DNA of 31,961 nt from a virus (taxonomy: Duplodnaviria; Caudoviricetes), in the IMG/VR virus record IMGVR_UViG_3300037991_000533, positions 1 to 31,961 of that record. One strand, written 5' to 3'. Each line of letters opens with the position of its first letter. The stretch's first letter is position 1. The notes under the pieces were generated by a model. The model ran no database searches. It had not been told where the DNA came from and saw nothing but the letters and a program-made list of their open reading frames with translations. The position numbers and the translations under genes are program-made. Of this stretch, positions 24,999 to 31,961 are shown piece by piece.

Positions 24999-25020
24999 AA
25001 TATTTCTCCCATTTATATGT

Positions 25021-25049
25021 ATTATAACTCATATTTATCTAAAAGAAAA
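25021..25049 (-). promoter_or_regulatory. Possible sigma70 promoter for holin-pqqA
   Basis: TTTTCT-N17-TATAAT: perfect -10, weak -35, in AT-rich DNA. Confidence 0.35.
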
Positions 25050-25614
25050 GAGTTAATTTATTATTTTTGTTCATCTTACATTTACCTTCAAGGCAAATTA
25101 AGTCATTGTTTTCATTAGTTTTTTGATAATACTTATGAAGAGGACTAGTGTAAAAGTAAAATGAACCCTCCTGCATAGGTATATAATATTTTTTAGTGCC
25201 AGGTCTATTGTAATAAAACAAAGCTGAACTTGAGTTACCTATATGTATTGGTAACACAAAGTAACAATCAGCTTTATGATTTAAATTACAATACGTACCA
25301 TCTTCCTGAATTATTTCAAATGCAGGAGATGAGTATGTGTCTTCAAATGTTAAATCTTCTACATACATATTGTTTAACATTTGTTTTACTTTAAATAATA
25401 ATGAAGGAAACTTTTCAAAGATAATTGGATTGTAAGTTAAACACTTATCTTTGTAAGTATCTTCAGTATCTGTGTTTTCTTTTCCTGAACCTAATGAAAA
25501 TCTATCATAATATTTTGACCAAGAATCTTTTAAATCCATTACTGATTTATAGATTGCCTGACAATCTCTATCTTCTATAAAATTTTTAATCGTTATTGAA
25601 GAGAGTATTTTCAT
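25039..25614 (-). CDS. Degenerate 2OG-Fe(II) oxygenase-like (DSBH) protein (start revised from 25725)
   Basis: IKNFI..DC start, FSLG, P.F.II, GSFYFY...LH and ICLEGK pattern; no canonical H-x-D; ATG 25614 gives only a short overlap. Confidence 0.45.
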   Translation of the reverse strand: MKILSSITIKNFIEDRDCQAIYKSVMDLKDSWSKYYDRFSLGSGKENTDTEDTYKDKCLTYNPIIFEKFPSLLFKVKQMLNNMYVEDLTFEDTYSSPAFEIIQEDGTYCNLNHKADCYFVLPIHIGNSSSALFYYNRPGTKKYYIPMQEGSFYFYTSPLHKYYQKTNENNDLICLEGKCKMNKNNKLTLFF

Positions 25615-27862
25615 ACTTAGGATGTTCCTTTCTTCCACCTGTCTTCCATAACTCAGAAACAAGAGTACCTTCTCCATATAGTTCCATATGCATATCAACA
25701 TCTTGTCTTTGAAATAATTTTTCACAATCTTGTGCCATAGCTAGTAACTCGCCTGTAGTCCAGAACTTCTTATTATTTGTAGTAACGTGTAAGTATTTAC
25801 CTTTACCTGTTGTACTATCAACTGCATCTTTATCTTTAGGTTCATCCATTGAACAATCAAAACCATATAGTTTAAAGTTTCTAAATCCTAATGTATGCCC
25901 AACACTAATGGCTCTCATTGCTGCACAAGTACCACCAGTTAGTAGAACTGTATCATCAGGTATACCTAATTCTTTTGGTATAGTAACTTTATTATCTGTG
26001 TTCTTCTCAACAATAGCATCTGAGTATGCATTCCAACCCACTATCTTTGCATTCTTATCTTTTAAGAAATCTACAACTGAAGTATCAGTCATAGATGATA
26101 CAAAAAATATAGTTTCTTTAGGTATCTCTTTAAATAATTCTTTACGAACAATACCATGTGTACTTGTACCTTCAATAGGTCTAGGGTCAAGTATGTTACA
26201 TGCCCAAGGAACTATACCTTCTTTTAAAAGCATAGGTAGTGAATGTTTAACACACATAATTTTATTTTGTGTTGACTTGAGATAGTCTTTATACTTTAAA
26301 AATGAAGGACCACCTGATACTATGTTAAGTATCTCTCCATGTGGTCTAGCTTTAGTTAACCATTTATTAATTGACTGTACATTATTCTTAATATTATTTC
26401 TAATATAATCAGTAGGCATACAGTCTTTTGGTTTAACAATTATTGGAACGTGATTGAAACTTTCAGGGAGTTTATCAAGATTAGATTTATGAAGAACAAC
26501 AGCAAGATGAGTAATACCACCACCTGCCACTGGGTCATTAGATGGAAGAACTTTTTTGCGTAGCTTTTTACTAAGGGCATCAAATACTTTATTTGTTCCT
26601 TTATGTTCATCAACTACTTCCTTTCCTTTTTCATCTTTAGTAAAGTAATCATCAAATACAACAGCAGGTATATCCTTTGTCATATTATAATCATGCTGAA
26701 CAGTTTCAAAACTATGACCACCATCTAAATATGCAATGTCAAAATCTTTTTGCTGTGTTAGTGTTACTTTAGTATCACCCTTAACTAATTTAAATTCAAA
26801 GTTTTTGTTCATTTTTTCTTTAACAAAAGTTTTAAATTCTTTTAGTCTATTATTAACTGCTTCATAAAGATTGTGTGGTTTAGTATTCATTTCAGTTGCA
26901 TCAGTAAATTCATCTGCATCTTCAAATAAATCATAACCTTCATAGTAAACTTTGTCTACGTTGTCAAAAGCTGCCAGTGCCATTTCAATAGCACGACCAC
27001 CATTCCATGTACCTGTCTCCAGTATTCTTGAAAACTTGTAATGTCTGATGACATCTGCCAATTGTTTGTACCTCTTTGGACCAACGACATCAGGTGTGGT
27101 CTTATCAGATAACAAGTCCTTCCTATTACCCTTGAAGTGTTCAAAGTAATTTGCCAAAGGAGAATTATTAAACGCATCTAAACCTCTCACGTCTGGTGTT
27201 AAACTATGTTTCTTTAAACCATGTGCACCATAGATATTAAATAATCTTTCAAAGATAAATCCATCATGCCATTCTCTATATGAAAGAACTTCATGACTAT
27301 TATAAAGACCTCTCATATCCCCTAGTAAATCAAGGGGTGGGACAGTATTAAGATTAAAAGCCATGAAAGATGTTTCACTATAGTCCACATCCTTCCTACC
27401 TAAGTGGACGAGTTCAGAACCTAGGGGAATGATTCCAAACAAGTCTTGTTTATTAACAGGCTTTTTAAGGATAATGTCAGCATCTAACCATACTACCCAC
27501 CCAGCTTGTACACTCTTTTCTACCAACTTGAAGGAGAAGTCAGTCAGAGCATACACTTTGTGACACCATTTAATGGCATCTAATCTCCAGTTATAAGGCA
27601 TCTTACCACCTTCAGTACCATCATGAAGTTTCATTTCTTCACGATAGGTAATCATTTCGTCTACCTTATTAAGATTTTTAAATGTTATTTTATTTGATTT
27701 AGGAAACTCTTTTATCTGTTCATCAGTAAAGTCATGATAGTAAGCAGTTAAATGTAAATCATCAGCCATAAACTTTACAACTGAGTCAATCATTTTCTTT
27801 GCATAAGTTTCCCATCCCTTTGGACTAAAGGAAGTTACGATATTTATTGTGTCTTTATTCAT
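25586..27862 (-). CDS. Three-domain fusion: GT-A glycosyltransferase + class I SAM methyltransferase + DUF115/Maf-like domain
   Basis: IVTSF, KVYA, WLDAD, SETSF, EWHD, HFKG (GT-A); ILETGTWNG, YLDGGHSFETVQHDY, FDDY (Methyltransf_24-like); IVSGGPS, DPR, GG.C, GFRNFKLYGFDCS (DUF115-like). Confidence 0.8.
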   Translation of the reverse strand: MNKDTINIVTSFSPKGWETYAKKMIDSVVKFMADDLHLTAYYHDFTDEQIKEFPKSNKITFKNLNKVDEMITYREEMKLHDGTEGGKMPYNWRLDAIKWCHKVYALTDFSFKLVEKSVQAGWVVWLDADIILKKPVNKQDLFGIIPLGSELVHLGRKDVDYSETSFMAFNLNTVPPLDLLGDMRGLYNSHEVLSYREWHDGFIFERLFNIYGAHGLKKHSLTPDVRGLDAFNNSPLANYFEHFKGNRKDLLSDKTTPDVVGPKRYKQLADVIRHYKFSRILETGTWNGGRAIEMALAAFDNVDKVYYEGYDLFEDADEFTDATEMNTKPHNLYEAVNNRLKEFKTFVKEKMNKNFEFKLVKGDTKVTLTQQKDFDIAYLDGGHSFETVQHDYNMTKDIPAVVFDDYFTKDEKGKEVVDEHKGTNKVFDALSKKLRKKVLPSNDPVAGGGITHLAVVLHKSNLDKLPESFNHVPIIVKPKDCMPTDYIRNNIKNNVQSINKWLTKARPHGEILNIVSGGPSFLKYKDYLKSTQNKIMCVKHSLPMLLKEGIVPWACNILDPRPIEGTSTHGIVRKELFKEIPKETIFFVSSMTDTSVVDFLKDKNAKIVGWNAYSDAIVEKNTDNKVTIPKELGIPDDTVLLTGGTCAAMRAISVGHTLGFRNFKLYGFDCSMDEPKDKDAVDSTTGKGKYLHVTTNNKKFWTTGELLAMAQDCEKLFQRQDVDMHMELYGEGTLVSELWKTGGRKEHPKYENTLFNND

Positions 27863-27863
27863 A

Positions 27864-28697
27864 TTAATATGTTACCATCTTTGTAGGTCTTGTTTCATTT
27901 ATAGTATTTCTATATAAAAGCTTTTCATCTTCCCAGTCTTGAGCAAATTGCATAGTTGCAAACTTACCACCAAACCAAGGACCACCAAGAGAAAAATGTA
28001 TAGCATTAGGACTTTCTTTTAATTGTGAAACACCAGGAATATGATTCCAACTAGCAGGTATCTCTCCTATCTGGTCATCACTTGTCCATTTAAATTGATG
28101 TAGGTCTAAACCTTTCATAGTATTTACATCATCACTTGTTAAATTTTTTACATCTTTATGTTTCATATTAAATAACATTAGAGAAGACCAAAGTTTCTTA
28201 TCATATCCAAGTTGCTTTTGATTATCCATCTTAGTATCTTCAGTAGGTTGCCAGTCAAACTTAACACATGCAACAGCTTTATCAGCATAGTTCTCTTCTA
28301 CAAACTTAAATAGTTTGTCTATATCTTTAAGAAATAAAAAATCACAATCACAAAACATAACCCAATTTTTCATCTTATTTATTTTAGCTAAGTGAGGACA
28401 TAGAAATCTAGTATGACTAAACTCTGTTGAAAAAGGTTTGTCATCTAGCACATCATATTTTTGTCCTTCATTATCTTCTCTCCACTCTCTAGTAAAATGA
28501 CCACTACTTCTTAAATGAGAAACATTTAAATCAATGATTGTTAAGGGTCTTGAGCTATGTCTAGCTAATGAATTTTCACATACTCTGTAAGCTATATCTT
28601 CACGAGAATCATAACCTATAAAAACAAAGTTAGTTTGTTCTTTAGGTAAAGGATGAATTATTTCTTCCTTATGTGTTGTTCTTGCATTTATAAACAT
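27864..28697 (-). CDS. GT-A glycosyltransferase (GT8-like)
   Basis: FIGYDSRE, STEFSHTRFL, FCDCDFL (DxD), KKLWSSLMLFN, LHQFKW, WNH, IHFSLGGPWF. Confidence 0.88.
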   Translation of the reverse strand: MFINARTTHKEEIIHPLPKEQTNFVFIGYDSREDIAYRVCENSLARHSSRPLTIIDLNVSHLRSSGHFTREWREDNEGQKYDVLDDKPFSTEFSHTRFLCPHLAKINKMKNWVMFCDCDFLFLKDIDKLFKFVEENYADKAVACVKFDWQPTEDTKMDNQKQLGYDKKLWSSLMLFNMKHKDVKNLTSDDVNTMKGLDLHQFKWTSDDQIGEIPASWNHIPGVSQLKESPNAIHFSLGGPWFGGKFATMQFAQDWEDEKLLYRNTINETRPTKMVTY

Positions 28698-28706
28698 ATT
28701 TATTCC

Positions 28707-28775
28707 TTAAATAAAACTTGAACTAACTAAAACTATTAAAAGCATATAAAGTCCACCAATTATTATTCTTTTCAT
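28707..28775 (-). CDS. 22-aa hydrophobic micropeptide (not in ORF track)
   Basis: MKRIIIGGLYMLLIVLVSSSFI*; AAGGA RBS; ATGA overlap with upstream ORF; stop abuts the next RBS. Confidence 0.5.
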   Translation of the reverse strand: MKRIIIGGLYMLLIVLVSSSFI

Positions 28776-28870
28776 TTATCTTTCCTTTCAGTTTCATCAC
28801 ACCAATTACAAGGCTTACCTTTTTCTGTACCTATAATATCTTTTTCAACCTCACAATAATGTTCCCACAT
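28772..28870 (-). CDS. 32-aa His/Cys (Zn-finger-like) peptide (not in ORF track); could extend to ATG 28945
   Basis: MWEHYCEVEKDIIGTEKGKPCNWCDETERKDK*; HxC...CxxC; no clear RBS. Confidence 0.55.
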   Translation of the reverse strand: MWEHYCEVEKDIIGTEKGKPCNWCDETERKDK

Positions 28871-28924
28871 ATTATTTCTATATTTTAAATAATCATTAAC
28901 TGTTAATTGATTATTAAATAAATA

Positions 28925-28953
28925 ATTATATATTCTTTTAATCATAAAGTCAA
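28925..28953 (-). promoter_or_regulatory. Near-consensus sigma70 promoter
   Basis: TTGACT-N17-TATAAT just downstream of the RNR stop, pointing into the glycosyltransferase unit. Confidence 0.8.
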
Positions 28954-28960
28954 TAAAAAA

Positions 28961-30874
28961 TTAAACTATTTCACAAGCACCTGCAGTACATGCAAGTTCT
29001 TTTGATGAAGTAGTTGTATCTTCCTTCTCATAGTTAGTTAAGTCCATCCAATTAATATTTCTTGGGGTCTTAGCTAACCATTCTTCATAAGTTTTCTTAT
29101 CAACTTCTTGATAAGGTGCTTGTTTGTATGAATGGTCAGAGTGTGGTAAGAATGAAACACCACTCATTACATCAAAGTTTTCGTACACCCATGCACCAAC
29201 TTGTAACCACTCCTCTTCTTTTACATAAACTGTAATTGAAGGTTTGTGTTCACACCAATGTAGCTGATACATCTTCCATATCTCTAGTTGTTCAATAGCA
29301 GATTTAGCATCTCTCATAATTGAACTTGTTGGAGACTTCATAGGAAAGTATATAACCTTTGTATCATTAGGTTTCATTACATCATCTTCACCATAAAAAC
29401 CTTTGTCTAACATCATGTCGCACAATGGGTCTTTTTTATCTGCTCTAACAGTTCTAAGATAGTAAGGTGAATAACGTGGGTGAATACCTGAAGCTGAGTC
29501 AACTAATTGTGATACAGTTCCTGAAGGTTTCACACAAGTAATAGCAGTAGCTTGGTTAACTCCTAACATCTCTGCCCACTTTTTATTTGTTTTAATTGAA
29601 TGTTCTTTAAGATTAATTAACATATCTTTTAAAGCATTCTGATTAAATATATCACCTGCTAAAACTTTGTGGTCCATGATACCAGTTAATGAAACACCTA
29701 GTAATCTTTCCTCTTCAGTATTATCTTTCCATTGTTTAGTTAAATATCTAAAGTCTGATAAAGTTGATTGAAGTGTACCAAAGATTGTAGCTATCTCTAC
29801 CTTTTCTTTTAAAGTTTCTTCAGTATCATCAGGTCTTACAACTACTTCAGATAAATTACAGAATTGTTTATTTCGTAGAACTATTTCTGAACATGGATTA
29901 GTTCCAAAATCATATTCACCATCTCTTCTACCTGAACGTGTTGCCATCTTTTGTGATGCAACTCTATTAAAGATACCACGTTCACCTGATTTAGAATCAT
30001 AAAGAGATACCCACTCTTTCATGAATGTACCTATGTCAGGTTTTTCAGTGTAAGCTACAGAATTATTGGCATAACTTCTTTGTGGATTATTGTCCCACCA
30101 TTGACCAGTCTTTGCATCTCTCATTCTAATGTCTGAAAGATTAGACAAGCTAATTAAAGCTGAACGTCTTACACCACCACAAACAACTACGTCTGCAATC
30201 TTACATACAATATCATGACACTCAATGCTTGTTAGTTTTCTACCACTAGCTTTTTGAAATGTCTCAATACTAAATTTAAATAAATCTCTTAATGGGTCAG
30301 GACCACTAGCACGTCCACCAAATGTTTTTAGTTTAGCACCTGCAGGTCTGACAAGAGACATATCAAATTGTGGTATCTGTCCTGCATATAACATAGCAAT
30401 AAGTTCACGATAAGACTTTGCCCAACCTATCTTACTGTCTCTAACTTTAATAACTGTTTCAGTTGTATGAAACTTCTCTGCAATCTCAGGAAGTTTATCA
30501 ACGTACTGTCTTTCAACACTAAACCCTACACCAGTACCACACATAAGTATGTACATTATTTCATCAAAGGTTCTTACATTATCAATAGCAACATATGAAC
30601 AGTTAAATCCTGCTACATTATCTTTGTCTAAGGCAGGACCTGCAGTCATCAATGCTCTCATTGAAGGCATAACTTTTAATGTAGTGATAGCATCAACCCA
30701 TCTATCTCTTTCTTTCTTATCTAATTTTTTATTAGTTAGTTTCTCATAACGTCCTTGCATATAACTAACATATCGTTCAACAGTTTCACTCCATGTTTCT
30801 CTTCTGTTTTCTTTCTCAATCCATCTCGCATAACGAGAGATGGCAATATAGTTTTGATATTCAGTTGGTAACAT
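28961..30874 (-). CDS. nrdJ: Class II (adenosylcobalamin-dependent) ribonucleotide reductase
   Basis: MPSMRAL, FNCSY, GTGVGFS, GGVRRSA, GTNPCSEI (thiyl Cys), CNLSE, CVKPSGTVSQL, C-terminal LACTAGACEI; no adjacent beta subunit gene. Confidence 0.93.
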   Translation of the reverse strand: MLPTEYQNYIAISRYARWIEKENRRETWSETVERYVSYMQGRYEKLTNKKLDKKERDRWVDAITTLKVMPSMRALMTAGPALDKDNVAGFNCSYVAIDNVRTFDEIMYILMCGTGVGFSVERQYVDKLPEIAEKFHTTETVIKVRDSKIGWAKSYRELIAMLYAGQIPQFDMSLVRPAGAKLKTFGGRASGPDPLRDLFKFSIETFQKASGRKLTSIECHDIVCKIADVVVCGGVRRSALISLSNLSDIRMRDAKTGQWWDNNPQRSYANNSVAYTEKPDIGTFMKEWVSLYDSKSGERGIFNRVASQKMATRSGRRDGEYDFGTNPCSEIVLRNKQFCNLSEVVVRPDDTEETLKEKVEIATIFGTLQSTLSDFRYLTKQWKDNTEEERLLGVSLTGIMDHKVLAGDIFNQNALKDMLINLKEHSIKTNKKWAEMLGVNQATAITCVKPSGTVSQLVDSASGIHPRYSPYYLRTVRADKKDPLCDMMLDKGFYGEDDVMKPNDTKVIYFPMKSPTSSIMRDAKSAIEQLEIWKMYQLHWCEHKPSITVYVKEEEWLQVGAWVYENFDVMSGVSFLPHSDHSYKQAPYQEVDKKTYEEWLAKTPRNINWMDLTNYEKEDTTTSSKELACTAGACEIV

Positions 30875-30876
30875 AA

Positions 30877-31251
30877 TTAATTCCCCTTTCTATTTTTATG
30901 TTTAATTCTATCATAGCTATCTTTATAAGTCAATAAAGCATTTATATGATTACGAACAAAGTTAGTTCGTTTTAATGTTAATATTTCCATAGCTACCCCT
31001 CGCATATAGTTTGGTTCAATATCTGCGAGTTCGCATATGTATTCAAAGTCATCTTTACGTTTACCATTTTTAGTAGTAAACCATAAGATAGCTTCACGTT
31101 TATACTTATGACTTTCCAAGTCTTGAGTATCCTTTTGTGTAGCATCAAGAAGTGCTTGTAAAATAACTGCAAGGAATAGTGTCCTCTCAGCACTTGTTGA
31201 GCTGACCATGTTTTGTTCAATTGTGTGTAAAAAATTATCATGTTGTAGCAT
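30877..31251 (-). CDS. Conserved helical phage protein (start probably 31251, not 31323)
   Basis: ERTLFLAVILQALLDA...AILWF...DFEYICELADIEP motif. Confidence 0.6.
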   Translation of the reverse strand: MLQHDNFLHTIEQNMVSSTSAERTLFLAVILQALLDATQKDTQDLESHKYKREAILWFTTKNGKRKDDFEYICELADIEPNYMRGVAMEILTLKRTNFVRNHINALLTYKDSYDRIKHKNRKGN

Positions 31252-31609
31252 TATACCAATGTGTAGGAATACCATCACTAATTTTACAGTAATCAAAGTT
31301 GTGTTTAATACACCAACCTGCATAAGTCATAGTACCACCTTTGTTTAACTTTTTATTTGGATTATCAAACGCAAACCTAATTAAAATTTTAGGATTACAT
31401 TTTCTAAAAAACAAATGTTTCTTTCTCATCTCTATTGTTAATCGTCCTTTAACTTCTATGTAAGTACCATTAGGTAGTAAGAAGTCAGGACAATAAGTTT
31501 TAGTTTCATGCCACTCATAGCTATATTTAGTAGGTTCATATTTAACTCTTATTTTTTTATCTTTAAAAAATTTATAAACCTTTTCTTCTGAACCACTTCT
31601 AAACTTCAT
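31238..31609 (-). CDS. T7 endonuclease I-like Holliday junction resolvase
   Basis: FRSGSE, YEP, YCPDFLLPNGTYIEVKGRL, RKKH, TY..WC.KH.F. Confidence 0.9.
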   Translation of the reverse strand: MKFRSGSEEKVYKFFKDKKIRVKYEPTKYSYEWHETKTYCPDFLLPNGTYIEVKGRLTIEMRKKHLFFRKCNPKILIRFAFDNPNKKLNKGGTMTYAGWCIKHNFDYCKISDGIPTHWYNATT

Positions 31610-31830
31610 TTAATATTCCTCATATGAAAAAAGTTTCGTATATGTAAGGCAGTAAAAACAAGACACATGATTAACATAAAATAACTGTCAGATAATATTG
31701 ACCATGTAATCCATATTATATTTGAAACCATACCATATAAGGGTGCATAGTTATCTTTATTACCATACACCCACACAGTAATCACTGCAGAAATTGCAGC
31801 TAGTAATTCAAATACACTAACCAACATCAC
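31606..31830 (-). CDS. Small multi-pass membrane protein
   Basis: About three hydrophobic segments; GAGG RBS; ATGA overlap with the endonuclease gene. Confidence 0.6.
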   Translation of the reverse strand: MMLVSVFELLAAISAVITVWVYGNKDNYAPLYGMVSNIIWITWSILSDSYFMLIMCLVFTALHIRNFFHMRNIK

Positions 31831-31960
31831 TTAATTCTACCTCAATTACATCAGGTTCTTTTACAACCTTGGTCAAGTATCTTGGTCCATTCGCATAGAT
31901 AAATTTTCTAAGTCCTTTCCCATCATTAGCATCCTTCCAACAATCAACTTTATAAGCACA
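31817..31960 (-). CDS. C-terminal fragment of a Cas4-like PD-(D/E)xK exonuclease (5' truncated)
   Basis: CAYKVDCWKDANDGKGLRKFIYANGPRYLTKVVKEPDV...*; C-x5-CW fits the distal Fe-S Cys ligands; located near endonuclease I. Confidence 0.6.
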   Translation of the reverse strand, partial: CAYKVDCWKDANDGKGLRKFIYANGPRYLTKVVKEPDVIEVELSDVG

Positions 31961-31961
31961 G

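Noticed and set aside
25615-25725. Longer start for the oxygenase-like ORF
   Set aside because: Long overlap with the fusion gene; ATG 25614 is more plausible
28871-28945. 57-aa version of the His/Cys peptide from ATG 28945
   Set aside because: That ATG lies inside the promoter spacer, so it is absent from that transcript; possible only by read-through from nrdJ
5297-30749. Antisense or nested ORFs in the track (5297, 6641, 7709, 8510, 9149, 9456, 12950, 15186, 16992, 17378, 17898, 19375, 19920, 21903, 22440, 23687, 25908, 26956, 30549)
   Set aside because: Each overlaps a well-supported gene, shows no recognisable motif and looks like a shadow ORF
28961-30874. Intein or intron in the RNR
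   Set aside because: Continuous ORF of ordinary length with no splicing or homing-endonuclease motifs
30993-31241. 82-aa alternate-frame ORF
   Set aside because: Nested in the conserved 30877-31251 gene with no motif
31817-31960. Cas4-like fragment as evidence of a CRISPR-Cas system
   Set aside because: Stand-alone Cas4-like exonucleases are ordinary phage replication genes; no array or other cas genes present
1-31961. CRISPR array, diversity-generating retroelement, tRNA, integrase or stop-codon reassignment
   Set aside because: No spaced direct repeats, reverse transcriptase, cloverleaf or recombinase seen; TAA, TAG and TGA all end genes under the standard code with dense packing

Overview
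AT-rich (roughly 30% GC by eye) segment of a tailed dsDNA phage, probably a marine short-tailed phage of a low-GC alphaproteobacterium (host is inference). Two gene arms converge on a bidirectional intrinsic terminator at ~24.2 kb. The + arm (1-24156) is the virion module: capsid C-terminus, Lys/Arg-rich proteins, adaptors, tail fibres, LamG/SPRY lectin-like proteins, P22 gp10-like tail hub, ejection proteins and a GNAT-like gene, ending in a translationally coupled iscA-iscU pair. The - arm (31961-24219) carries a Cas4-like exonuclease end, a T7 endonuclease I-like resolvase, a B12-dependent class II RNR, and a sigma70-promoter-driven unit with two glycosyltransferase genes (one a three-domain fusion), a degenerate 2OG-Fe(II) oxygenase-like gene and a GTA-type holin. 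The best signal missed by the ORF track is a 26-codon PqqA-like precursor peptide gene (24545-24625, -), facing iscA/iscU across the terminator and followed by two hairpins with the same UG/G internal loop. Other signals: apparent GATC avoidance, a recurring xxGG motif in internal proteins, a cupredoxin-like insert in a lectin protein, and VS[A/V/S] motif enrichment in virion proteins. All assignments come from motif recognition by eye; no database search was run.
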